Assembly: GCA_965153455.1 (NCBI GenBank)
Contig: OZ234493.1
Location: forward strand, 3,968,001 to 4,032,000
DNA: 64,000 nt
DNA from: Sphagnum compactum
Taxonomy: Eukaryota
Direction of reading: 5' to 3'
A program made the position numbers and the translations under genes. How positions within the stretch are numbered: position 1 is the first letter of the stretch; each line of letters starts with the position of its first letter. This document shows, in pieces, positions 1 to 12,424 of this stretch. The notes under the pieces are model-generated. The model saw nothing but the letters and a program-made list of their open reading frames with translations, was not told the DNA's origin and ran no database searches.

Positions 1-2075
1 TTTAATAAAAACGATTATTAATTGGGGTGTGTTGAGGAATTTTTTTAATGGAAAAATATTTAAAAGTATCTTCTGCAACGGATTAGGTATTCAAAAACAG
101 TGTGGCGGGAGAGAGGAGGAAAGGCCAAACTATAATTTAATTTTAAAAAAAAAAAAAAAAAACAGGGGCGGCGGAGGGGGTACAAGACTCAAGTACGTAC
201 TTACTACTTACATGTTGATTTATTTGGTTAATAATTACTTCTCAGGGGGGGTGGGGGGAGGGGGGAAGATATTGGGAAAAGCCAAACTAAAAAGTACAAG
301 TGAGGCCCCCAAAAGTATATATCCTTTAATCAATCATTATTATTAAGTTTTAAAATATAATTTTTATAATTATAATTATAATAAATGAATAAAATTTTAA
401 TGATTAATACTATTTTCTGGATTTTTATTTTCTATTTTTCTCATAATTACTGAACAGTAAATTAATAAAGAAAAAAGAGAGGGGGAAAAAAAAAAGAAGC
501 CCTATTATCTATCTATCTATCTAGCTAATAAAGAGAACACACACACACAGGAGAAGCGTGACAAGAAGGAAGGAAGGAAGGGGGGGATCCCCACCAGGAT
601 CTTCTTCTTCAGGAATATCCAGGGATCAGAAATGGCAGCCAAAGTGGCACTTGTCCAGAGAATTCAGGCATATTCCCACTTATCCCAAATGGGCTGTTGA
701 TCGAGTGAGTGTGAATGAGTCAGTCAGTCTCAAATACATACCTACTTACTTACTTACTTACTTACTTTACCTACCTACCTATCATCGTCATCATCATCCC
801 CCCCATCTCCCTCACCAACAACTAACTAACCCTTGTTCTTACCCCCAAAGATAACCCAAGTTACCTGGTTTTGGTGTCTTCTAGGGTTTAAATCCAGGGT
901 TTATTTATACCCTAAAACCACTACTACATTTTAAAACCCTATAACTATAAACCTTAAAAGACAACCCAAAATTAACCCAAGTTACTTACCCACTCAATAA
1001 AGTTTCTTTTGCTCGCACATTGGTTGGCTGAAACCCCATATAACTCACACTCTTTTGTGTCCTATAAACCGTCGTTAGCTTGACATCCTACCTCACACTC
1101 TTCGGTGTCCCATAACCCGGAAGCTTGAGTTATATGGTATCAAGAAAAGTCTTGACTATTCCTTTGAGTTCCCTTCTTCCGTCCCTTGAGTTCTATCCTA
1201 CATTTTCTCAAGCACAATAACAAGCCCACACAATAACACTTTAAAAAATGCCAAGTCTAGTCATGTGTGTGCGATGAAGCCAAAATTGATGACAAAGGGG
1301 GCGGGGCAGGTATATTCTAGAGTTGTTGTCTTGAGAATAATGTTTTAGTACATTCTTTATATCCCTTTTTTTTTTAAAAAAAAATTTCCGGGGCTTTAAG
1401 GAACCAAAAAACCAGCTTTAGGAATGTCTTTTCACCTTAGGAAAATGTCCATCCGGGGAAGGCCGTTTGCAAAATTGTGTGGTGACACATAACTAGAAGT
1501 GAGAACCCATCATTTGAATGTCATCAATGGCTTCCCCACTTTCCTTCCTACCCATCTCCCCGCACCACCAAAACCCTCCACCCCATCCCTCCCCCCTTTC
1601 CCTTCCTCTCTTTGTCAAGTCATAAGCCAAACCCACGACAATGTCACATAGCATGGGCAAGAAAAGTGCAAGCATACGGAGTGCAAAGCAAAATTGAAAT
1701 GAAGCTTGGATGTTGGATTCTCAATTTGGATACCATATGAAAGGAGGAGAACACAAGAAAGTAGTACTTCACGGGCTTCTTAAGTACTTACATGAACATG
1801 CCATTCGGCATGCATTGGAGTCGAGCGATTGATTGAATGGATGATGAGGCCACCGGCTTATTATAAGGATGTAAATTCAAGAGTTGGATGGAAAGCAAAG
1901 CACGAGGGAGATTTGCTAGTGGAGCGCAACTTGTATCCATGAATATCCTTCATAGAAAAGAGAAGGGATATTACAAGCTAAAAGCGAATGATCCATCGCT
2001 CCGTCTGAAGTGAAGGAGGGATCTAAGTTATATATGATCCCTATCCTTGTGAAGGAAGGAGTAGGTGAAAGGAAT

Positions 2076-3066
2076 CATACCTTCCTAATTCCTTAAAGGG
2101 TAGGTGAAAGAACCCTCGCTTATTATGGTGGTGCATTCACACTTGATATTAAGTCAATGTTGAATGCAAATCTAGGTGGCATCCTAGGTGGCACCCAATG
2201 TTAAATGGGCAATAGTAGCTTAATGTTAAGTGAATGTTAGCTTAACATAACAATTTCATGATACTAAATTTTTTTTAAGTCCTAAATGGTTAGCCACACA
2301 AGGAATAGGTGAAAGAACCCTCGCTTATGGTGGTGCATTCACACTTGATATTAAGTCAATGTTGAATGAAAATCTAGGTGGCATCCTACGTGGCACCCGA
2401 TGTTAAATGGGCAATAGTAGCTTAATGTTAAGTGAATGTTAGTTTAACATAACAATTTCATGATACTAAGTTTTTTTTAAAGTCCTAAATGGTTAGCCAC
2501 ACAAGGAGTAGGTGAAAGAACCCTCACTTATGGTGGTGCATTCACACTTGATATTAAGTCAATGTTAAATGAAAATCTAGGTGGCATCCTAGGTGGCACC
2601 CGATGTTAAATGGGCAATAGCTTAATGTTAAGTGAATGTTAGCTTAACATAACAATTTCATGATACTAAGTTTTTTTAAGTCCTAAATGGTTAGCCACAC
2701 AAGGAGTGGGTGAAAGAATCGTACCTTCCTAATTCCTTAAGGGTAGGTGAAAGAACCCTCGCGTATGGTGGTGCATTCACACTTGATATTAAGTCAATGT
2801 TAAATGAAAATCTAGGTGACATCCTAGGTGGCATCTGATGTTAAATGAAAATCTAGGTGGCATCCTAGGTGGCACCCGATGTTAAATGAAAATCTAGGTG
2901 GCACCTGATGTTAAATGGGCGATAGCTTAATGTTAAGTGAATGTTAAGCTTGACATAACAATTTCATGATACTAAGTTTTTTTGAAGTCCTAAATGGGTT
3001 AGCCTGGTGTTAGGGTACTGAACACTAGAGTCCCTAACACCAAGTGTGAACACACACACACACACC
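2076..3066 (+). repeat. Tandem array of four ~200-240 bp units, each made of flank plus the 5' part of a MITE; only the last unit reaches a right TIR
   Basis: Unit taggtgaaagaaccctc-ttatggtggtgcattcacacttg...ggttagcc recurs near 2100, 2305, 2508 and 2744. Left TIR-like ggtgcattcacacttg (2130-2145, 2770-2785) is inverted relative to caagtgtgaa(ca)n-cacc at 3041-3066. Confidence 0.85.
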
Positions 3067-3085
3067 TTTATCAAGTGTCAAGAGG

Positions 3086-3645
3086 CACTGGTCATGCGAA
3101 TTCGAAACTGGGGATGAAACTGGTCCCCTGAGGACCAGTGCAGGTGACAAAAACTAGTTTGCTCCCCTGTTTTCAACATAAGTTCTCATTTCGTCCCCAT
3201 TTTTGGGCAAAACTGGGGCGCAGTAACCCCAGTTTGATGTTAGCTTGTTCACTTGATAGAAATGTAATCCAAATCTAATTCGTTTAGTAGGGTTATTGAT
3301 ACAGCCACCCATGTTTTTGGGCCTCAATTTGACCCTCTAAAACCCTGTTTCAACCCTTAATTTTGAGTGTATTCATAAAGCGAGTGGAAATTGTCTACCA
3401 TTTCAAATAAAACTGGGTATCAGTTCACAAGATTTTGCCGAACCTCATTTTGACAAGACTTGATTCAAATGAAGAATATGAGCCAGCAGTCAGAGGTGCG
3501 AGTAAGGCAAGTAAGAAAACTAGGGGTGAAGCTCTTGTGAGGATGAATAATAGGTGAGAAAACATGTTTGTTCCTCTCTTGTTTTCATCTTAACTTTTTT
3601 TTAATTTCATCCCCAGTTTTGCCCAAACTGGGGTTCAGTACATTG
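3086..3645. mobile_element. Non-autonomous DNA transposon (MITE-like) with subterminal inverted repeats
   Basis: aaactggggatgaaa (~3105-3119) is inverted to tttcatccccagttt (~3605-3619); tttgggcaaaactgggg (~3201) is inverted to ccccagttttgcccaaa (~3611). No TSD found. Confidence 0.45.
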
Positions 3646-4770
3646 ATTACAAATGTGCCTTAGTATCAGGGTTTTGTTTTTTCTTATTATTCAATTGTAT
3701 GGTATTGAAATTTTGGCAATTTTTTCCCCAATTTTCTAGCAAAACTAGTTGAAATTTTACAATTTGAAAAAAAAAACTTCAAATTTTTGTCCCTTTTTTT
3801 GTTGAGAAAATGACAAAATATGTCCCCAAGAAAAAACCATTGCTTACTACCATGTTATTACAATGTTGGGATGCGTTATTCTTTGTTTATTAACATATTA
3901 ATTATTAGAAATGTTGATTACACTCAATTGGTTATTTTGGACATGTTATAAAAAAGCCATTTAATATAAAATCTGTAATATGGGTTCTCATATGTAACTA
4001 AATATATTTTGAGCATTGTGGTTGGTGGCCAAACACTATGTCAAATATCCAACTAACAATGCAAATTTCACACAAAATGGTATCATGTTGTTGCATGACA
4101 TGCACATACATATGACTCAATGAAAAGGGTAAAACTAGAACATTGGAGTTGTTTATATGTATGATTCGATATCAAATGGTCTTTTAGAATTAAATTTTTG
4201 GAGGTTCAACATACATTTCGTGCACAAAGTAGGTTAATACAAGAGAAATTAGATGGTGCTTATTTCAAGAGTTACATGTTCTCTAATTTGCATGATTTAG
4301 ACAAAATGAATATCCAAAAATTTAATTAAGGAACATTATGGACCATTTCACCCACCATAAATGAGTTCCAAATCCAATTTATCACTAAAATTAGTTTTTT
4401 CATTACCTTGATGTTGATTGTCGAGAAATATATCTAATGACGAATAGGGCCAAGCATTTACATAGCTAGGTGGGATGCAATATGGTATGATCCAAGGTAC
4501 TCTAATGTTCTCTACATTGACTAAGTCATGCCACCGTCTAATGTTTACATGAATCATGAGCATTTTATAGATAGGTCATATTGCCTAATTGTGTTTTGTG
4601 ATCTTGAAGGTCATTCAAAGATTGGGTTGGGATATCATTCGGAAGTGTGACTTTGTATCTATTGTATGGTCAAGCATTTGAAGTTCCTTTCATGATATTG
4701 CATTTGTACAAAATGTTGTATTTGAATTTTTATTTGGACCTTTTTTTAATATTAGCATTTCATCACCTTT

Positions 4771-5500
4771 ATTTTAATATAGTAATATATTTTTAATATA
4801 AAGCATATGTGAATGACATATCAATATTATAGACTTGAATTCCAATAGAGAAATCACCTTGAAAAATGGGTGTTTTGAGATTGCAATTTGAAGTCAATGT
4901 TGTTTGAGGCTAAATATAGCTGTGTTTTGTCTAGGAAAATGCAAAGAATAATTATTCATGGGGTTGAATTGTCATATACATAAAACTAGTGTGAACCCGG
5001 TGCATAATGCACCCGTCGAGCTCCCCCCCGCCCGGTCCTTCTCATTGCCCACTCCGGTTTTTTACCCCGTCGACCCCCCCCCCCGTCCTTCGCATTTTTC
5101 ACTCCGATTCTTTAACTCGTTGATCCCCCCCCCCTTCCCCTGTTATATATAATTAACTTTCCGCCCCATGCTGGCCCCCCCCCCCCCCGTTACCAAGCCC
5201 TGTCACCTGCTGCTTCACCGGCCTCTCCCTCCCCCACCCCCCAAAACCTCTGTCATAGACAGACTTACTGAATTAATATATATGAATTTTAATATAGTAA
5301 TATATTTTTAATATAAAGCATATGTGAGTGACATATCAATATTATAGACTTGAATTCCAATAGAAAAATCACCTTGAAAAATGGGTGTTTTGAGATTGCA
5401 ATTTGAAGTCAATGTTGTTTTAGGTTAAATATAGTTGTGTTTTGTCTAGGAAAATGCAAAGAATAATTATTCATGGGGTTAAATTGCCATATACATAAAA
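4771..5500 (+). repeat. 215-bp direct duplication (4771-4985 and 5286-5500) flanking a 300-bp insert
   Basis: Both copies run attttaatatagtaatat...atacataaaa and have equal length, with about 7 substitutions by eye. Confidence 0.95.
4986..5285 (-). mobile_element. 300-bp non-autonomous Helitron-like element
   Basis: The minus strand begins TCATATATATTAA and ends ggtgcat-t-atgcacc (7-bp hairpin, 4999-5013), gggttcaca, CTAG|T. The 3' end closely matches that at 34942-34971. GC-rich interior in an AT-rich context. Confidence 0.8.
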
Positions 5501-6483
5501 TGTGGAACTACTTTCACGTAACTTTTATAGTCAAATGATCAATATAATCTATCATGTTAATTTCTTTATTCTTTTGACTTTTAACAATTGGATGGAAACT
5601 AAATAGGTAGTTTAATTGTGGAAAATACATTCATGAAAAGCAACATTCTCATTTTATCTTCAAAAGTTGTGAGGAAATTGTACAAAGCTCAAAACATCAT
5701 AAAATTTTACATATTCATTCATATCAAATTAACTTGTAATGATTTGAGTTAAGACCAACATTCACCAATGTTTCATTTTAAAATCAAAGTGTAACAATTT
5801 TCAAACCTCCAATGATTTCTAATTTAATTCTAACCAATTGAATTAACTTCAATATTTTTTCATATGACCCATTTGCACAATTTGGATTTGATTTACTAGA
5901 AACGTATACTTACCTACCACAATCCTTGCCTCCAATACATCCAAATGTACATTATTTTAAATCCTTGCCATCTAATGGAACCATAATGTTTGTTCATCAA
6001 TATCATTCCAATGTTATTATGTAAATATTTGAAGTTTGAACTCTATTTGGTCACAAATTATGCAATTAATATTTTTTGTTCAATTTTCAATGTTTGAGTT
6101 TGAATCTTATTACCCCTTTCTCCACAACCTTTATGGCCAATACCCTATTTAAATATGTATTCAAGCTTTGATGTGCTTTTCATGAAGCCACCCTCTTCAA
6201 TTTGTGGTTATTGTAGTTTTAAAATGTCCCCTTGCAATTTAATGTGTCCTAGGGTTTCAATTGGGAAAAAAGGTGATTAAGCTTGGGGCATCGCTTAAAT
6301 GTCTTAAGCTCTATTCATTTTTTCTATTTTGGGAAGTTCACTCAACAATATGAACTAACCTTACAAATTTGTTACATAACAAAAAGGTGTTCAAATCAAT
6401 GAAATTTGATATTTTCACAAATTTTCATTCATGGGTTTTGTAAAACTATATTAAACTTGTGTTTTTGTTATTGTTGGGAAAAG

Positions 6484-6570
6484 GAGTTGGTTTTGGGGCT
6501 TTGTCCTCCACAAGGAAAGAGGAAAGTCATTGTTGCCACCAACATTGCAAAAACTTTAATCACACTAAAG
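6484..6570 (+). pseudogene. Orphan exon of a DEAH-box RNA helicase (motif V region)
   Basis: Translates ELVLGLCPPQGKRKVIVATNIAKTLITLK, similar to the DEAH consensus GKRKVIVATNIAETSIT. Bounded by AG (6482-6483) and GT (6571-6572). No other helicase exons seen nearby. Confidence 0.75.
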
Positions 6571-9500
6571 GTTGGTGGTATGACTTGTAACTCACTTTTT
6601 TTTCATGTTTGATGGGTGTTTCTTTGGTAAGGAAAATTGGTACTTCACATAATGAACTTGCAAAGCCTTACCTCATTTTCCAACCAAATTTTGTGTCCCA
6701 TCACAAATTAGTGCCATGGATTTTGTTCAATATTATTATTATTTTCACATAATGCAATTCATATAATGGTTTCAAAGGTTGCAATTCGCCATTTTATTGT
6801 GCAAATAGTTTATATGATCATGTTATTGGAGTGTTGTATAGATTTCACACACAAAGCACACAAAATTTTAGAATTGGGGATGATGGTGTTTCTAATAGGT
6901 GATTTGGGTGCAAATGGGATAACACAAACCACACTTACCCCCTTGGGTGGCTACTTATTGGGTGCTTATTTTAAATATTCATGAAGTATTTTGAACAAAA
7001 TTCTTTATAAAGATCTTGAAAAAAATTGAAAATTTTTCATCATTCTATTATGTTTTGGTTTACATCAAAAAATTGCTAAAAATTTGTCATTTTCAAAAAA
7101 ATTCAAGTCCATTTACAAGTTATTGTATTGTTTAAAAGCATGGGTTACAATGCTTTCAAAGTGCTTTTGGGTATTTTTCATTCATTAAATAGATTTCAAA
7201 CTTTTAGAATATATACTAATATGTTGAAAATATCATTATGTAAGAGCAATTCCATTTGAAATTTTATTTTATTTTTCTAAAATGTTAAATGCACAAAACC
7301 AAACACTAATTACACTTGTTATCATACGTGTTAAGGTGATTGTGCATCGCTAAAACCATTTATGAAAGGTTTACATCGCTAAAAAAATTGGTCATCATTA
7401 TTATTTCGCTAGTCAAAAAAGCCCATTTTGCAACTTGTCCAATGCAACTAAAAGTGTCATTCATGTGTCAAATATGGACTGTGTTCTTAATATTCCTACC
7501 ATCCTTGGACTAAAATGATGGAATTTTTCATTTCAAGTAAATCTCATAGTTTGACTTTTGAAAAGAAATAATATTTCAATTTGGCTAAACATCAAATCAA
7601 GGTGATTAACTAACCACTACACATGAAATAATACACATTAATGACAAAGGGCGAAAACATGGTAAAATAGACCAAAGAATTACTTTGCAACATAAATGGA
7701 AATGGTCATCAAATAAGCCTTAAGATATAGAATTTTAAAACATTATTTACTTCAATGTTTAATTATAGGAAGTTCTTTGACTTTGTTACAACTATATTTT
7801 AAAATCACATGTTTAAAGTAGGTTTGTATAATTTTTTAAAATAGTTATGTAAATAAGGTGCCTATAATCCGTTATTGAAAATATACTTAAAGTATTCCAT
7901 TTTTGCATAGTAGATTAAAAATAACCCTCTTACATCAAGTGTTTTAAAAAATATGCAAGGAATGTTTCCTTGGGCTTATCATATTTGTACCTTCCAAATA
8001 CCTTAATACTCTAGACCAGACTAATCGCAAAGAATTGGGATTGAAATTCCCAACAACTAAAGATCAAGGCCTTTATTAGTATGAAGTTGTTCCCAAAAAT
8101 TTTTGCCATTGTGTTGGGTAAGGTATCATTAAGATGACCTAGGGGAATAGAAGTTTCATGCAACCAATGAAAAGGATTTTTTGTTTTTTTGGTCTTTTCC
8201 CTAGGTGTTCCAATTAGGTTCCCAATGTGTTCCCTAAGATGTTCCCAATAATACTTCATTTTTATTCAATATTGTTTGGCCATGGTTTACACAACTCAAG
8301 TGATTGATTTATGCAAGTCATTTCACAAACTGAAGATTATTAATTGAACAATAGACCATGCCAATATCATTATTGAATTTGTCTTATTGTTCATGTCTAC
8401 TACTAGGAATACTCATAAACAAGTTGAAGGCATACAAACATGGCTAGTACAAAAGAGCTCAAATAATGCACCTTGAACTAATGTGCAATTCAAAAGACAC
8501 ACCAAACATGTTTTGTTTATTTGGATGTTAAGGAAATCATATGAGTCCTTGCAAATAAGTTAAGTGGAATTTTTATTTATTTTTAATGTATAGTGACATT
8601 TATAAAAAAAATCTTATTGATGGTATTAGAACATGAGTCACACTTATATATATTTGTGAACTAGGGCAATATTATTGGAATGGGTTGTGTGGAGCTTTTT
8701 GGAATTCATTCTCCAATTAGTATGTAGTTTGTTCATACTCAACTCACACAAATTCTAGTCATGATGCCTATACCCCCACAACAACAATGAAACAATACTT
8801 TTTAAATGTGAACCCAACAAAATGTCAGATTTATTTATAAAATACATTTGTTGAGATTTTAACCTAAATTTTATTATCCTATAATTGCTTATGTAGATAT
8901 CAATACAATGCGTATATGTAACTATATATGGATAATAGCCTTATTAGGTCATGTAAGATATTGACCCTAGTTTTGACCACATTGAACCACAACATGTTTG
9001 GTATAACCCCTATAAATTATTCTACAATGTTGGGATTCCCATTTGTTGTAGTCACTACCTTTGCATTGCAAATGGAATTTCCATATTCCTATTGGGTTTA
9101 TGATTTCTTGCTAGGGCCTTATAAGTAGCCATATACATATAATTGGTGTAATACCTTGTACTATAAATAATTGTAAATGTGTTTATTTTTATTGTCATAA
9201 TAAATTCATGATAATGGTGTCAAGTTTTGTTAAATGACTAACTTGAATGTTAGGAATTTCAAATTCATAATATGTTTAATACAATTTTAGTTTTTGGTTT
9301 GAATTTTGAAATTGATGAACTATTGTGTTAGATAATGTGTATTTTGTGAAGGACTTTGATTTTCTTGATATAATTTTTTTGATGGTCCAAAAAATTTGGC
9401 AACAGGAAACTACAAGTCACCTTCAATAGACAATCAAAATAAAAATATATGTGCAATTTGAAAATTTAAGAAACACATTTGAATTTTTGAATTTTTACAA

Positions 9501-10299
9501 ATTTCAAAAAGTCCTTTACCATATGTAAACATAGTACAATGTAAATAATATACAAGGCAAAGTTCTAGCTTACAATTTTTTATATATGAATGATGAAATA
9601 AAAAACCTATTTCAATATGATTTGAAATTTTGGTTATTTTTCATTTGAAAGAGGAAAACATGTTCACATTTTAAAATGAACATACTTTCAACATTGATAA
9701 TCACATGATGGTGAAGTATTGAAGCAACAAGTTGCCAAAAAGGAAAAAAACATTTTAAAAAATCATTTCAACGTTTTTTTATAATAAGAATTTGATTTTT
9801 GGCAAAAGGATTCATTAGTCTTTTTGTAAATCTTAACACGATTGGTTCATTCATGTTTGGACCCTTTAGCTTCCAGATTTATTTATAAATGGGTATGTTT
9901 GATGTCGGATATCGTAGTACAAGGGTTAGCTTTAGCACATGTCTATCGAGTAATTAAGTAATGTTGAATATTCCATTTTGAAATTAAAATATTGCATAAT
10001 ATTTGAAAAGATTCTTCATTTTCTTCATAGAAAATTGTTCTTTGAAAAAATTATTTTTTTGAAAATTCAGCATTTAAAAATAAAATAAAGTTGTGTTGAA
10101 GCCCCCATGGTAGTAGTATGGATATTCATGAAACTAAAGGATTCAATTGTAGTCCATGGTGGGTGGTGAAAGAGAAATAAAAAGAAGAATATACGAGGAA
10201 GAAGAAGAAAGCGTTGTTCCTTTGATTTATCAAAAGGGTAAATCAAAGGGTATCAAAACAACACATTTGCTTTGTGAATTATAGTCGTCCATGATCCAT

Positions 10300-11045
10300 C
10301 AACTTACTTAATGCAATCAATCCCAACATGTTTATGAATTGTGATCACTTCACACCTAAGAAGCAAAAAGAATGTGTCAAAGACCGATGAAAAAATGATT
10401 GATGTCAACAACATCAATGAAATGACTTAATTATAAAATCAATCCAAACATGTTTAGGAGTCAATCACTCAACAAAAGAATGTGCTAAAAATGATGAAAA
10501 AGTCGATGATTAATGACAACAACATCAATGACTCAATTACAAGAAAATCAATCCAAACAAGTTTACAAGTCAATCACTTAGCACAAGAATGTGACAAATA
10601 TGATGAAAAAATCGATGATTGATGACAACAATATCAATGACTTAGTTATAAAATCAATCCAAAGAAGCTTACAAATCAAATCACTTAGAAAAAGAATGTG
10701 ACAAAGATGATGAAACAATTGATGATTGATGACAACAATATCAAGGACTTAGTTGTAAAATCAATCCAAACAAGCTTACAAGTCAAATCACTTAGCAAAA
10801 GAATGTGACAAAGATGATGAAAAAATCAATGATTGATGACAACAACATCAATGACTTAGTTATAAAATCAATCCAAAATCATGCTTACAAATCAATCACT
10901 CCACTCTTAAGAAGCAAAAGAATATGATGAAGATGACGAAGAAGAAAACGATGATGATGATGATGACGACGACGATGAGCACTTAATTACAAAAATCAAT
11001 CCAAACATGCTCATTAATCAATCACACCACACCCAAGAAGCAATT
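10300..11045 (+). repeat. Minisatellite of ~108 bp, about 6-7 copies
   Basis: Unit aagaatgtgacaaagatgatgaaaaaatcgatgattgatgacaacaa...aaatcaatccaaac...atcact recurs near 10367, 10474, 10583, 10691, 10798 and 10916. Confidence 0.9.
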
Positions 11046-11488
11046 CACTCATGAAGATGAAGAAGAAGATGATTGATGAATTACATACTAAGAGCAGGGT
11101 CAGCTAGGAGCAGTGCAATGGCCTGAACACACTCTACTTTGGATGAAATACAGCCTTCAAATAGCGTGGGACAATGGGTTTGGAACTGTACAGAGGGTTG
11201 CCTTATACTATCTAGTTTCACATGCTTATGGGTTTAGGGTTTAGGCTTCAGGGAAATGTAAAAACCTCTGTCTAGATGATGGAGCCCTACTCTAATAGAG
11301 AGATTCATGATGCATGCATGCATTGATTCAGCATTAGAATCATGTGTGTGTGTGTGTGTGTGTTTTTTTTTTCCCATACAAAGGAATGGTATAGAGAAGA
11401 AGAGGAGGAAGAAGGAAGAAGCAGAAGAAGAAGAAGAAGGTGCTTGTGAATTACAGGCATCTGATACAGCACCACAAGGGCCTAGTAG

Positions 11489-12424
11489 ATGCATGCAGTA
11501 GGTAGCTTCTCAGGCATTGTTGTATCTATCAGCAGGAGAATCATTCTTGAAGAAAACATTCCCTTGTCTGATGTAGGTGGTATGCACTTCAGGTATCTAT
11601 CTTCTTGCTCTTCATAACCCTAGACTCTGAAACCCTAAATGTGTTCATGGTGTGTCATCTAAGCTTTTTTGGCTTTTTTAAATTTTTGTTTACAGTTTTT
11701 CAGGAGATGATCAGCTTGATTTTCCAGGTTTGTCTTTTTATACAAGGGTTGCAAAGCAATACACCTCATGAATTTCACTGTTGCATAGGAGGTTGTAGTG
11801 ATGCTGTGCTGTGGGAGCTGTTCAGATGTGGCAGATGTTGTTGTGATTTTATGTTGTGGAAGCTGTTCAGATGCAGATGTCTGTTGGTGGATTGTGAGAA
11901 CATAACAGTCTACAATCCTCTAGTCCATTCCACTCCATCTCAACTGAGTTCCCGGCTTAGCTATTCCAGTTTCATTGAGTTCAAATTCTGACATAGTACA
12001 TTGATGCAGGCAGAATCCAAGAGAGAGATTACAAGCATTTCTTTTGTTGATCAGGGTAATAATAATGGGGCTAGAGAGATTGTGCCATCTTTTTTCCCTG
12101 AGACCTCTATCTCCATTCCATCGAGCAGGACCCAGTTTGGACTCAGGTGCAACAGGTCATTTGACCTGAGATTTGGACCCAGTTGTAGGCTTGCAAATCA
12201 TTGGAGATGCACTATTCAGTGGCTGACTTACCAGTTTTTTTTTTGCAGTTGTCTCTTCCCATGCAGAACATTGCATTCACATGGCTTGGAAAATTGAGTT
12301 TGGGTGCACATCAGATGTCCAGAAAGTTAGTGGCGTCATGTTGAGCAATCTGTCTGCAAAGACAACATGCATTCATAAGCTGTTTCTAACAACTCTATGA
12401 TTACTGCAGGTCATCTCTGTGTAG
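11489..12424 (+). CDS. Possible 4-exon, 110-aa orphan protein (or spliced lncRNA)
   Basis: Exons 11489-11592, 12010-12146, 12249-12325 and 12410-12424 join through GT-AG introns (417, 102, 84 nt) into one open frame, MHAVGSFSGIVVSISRRIILEENI...SDVQKVISV*. Telo-box-like gggtttagggtttagg lies upstream (~11230). No homology recognised. Confidence 0.3.

Noticed and set aside
1030-2075. Possible organellar insertion, and a 12-bp inverted repeat (ccatataactca / tgagttatatgg)
   Set aside because: No recognisable organellar gene; the stem does not extend into a pre-miRNA-like hairpin. It would need a BLAST search.
10300-11045. CRISPR-like periodicity here and at 2076-3066
   Set aside because: Whole units repeat with no unique spacers, there are no cas genes, and the context is eukaryotic.
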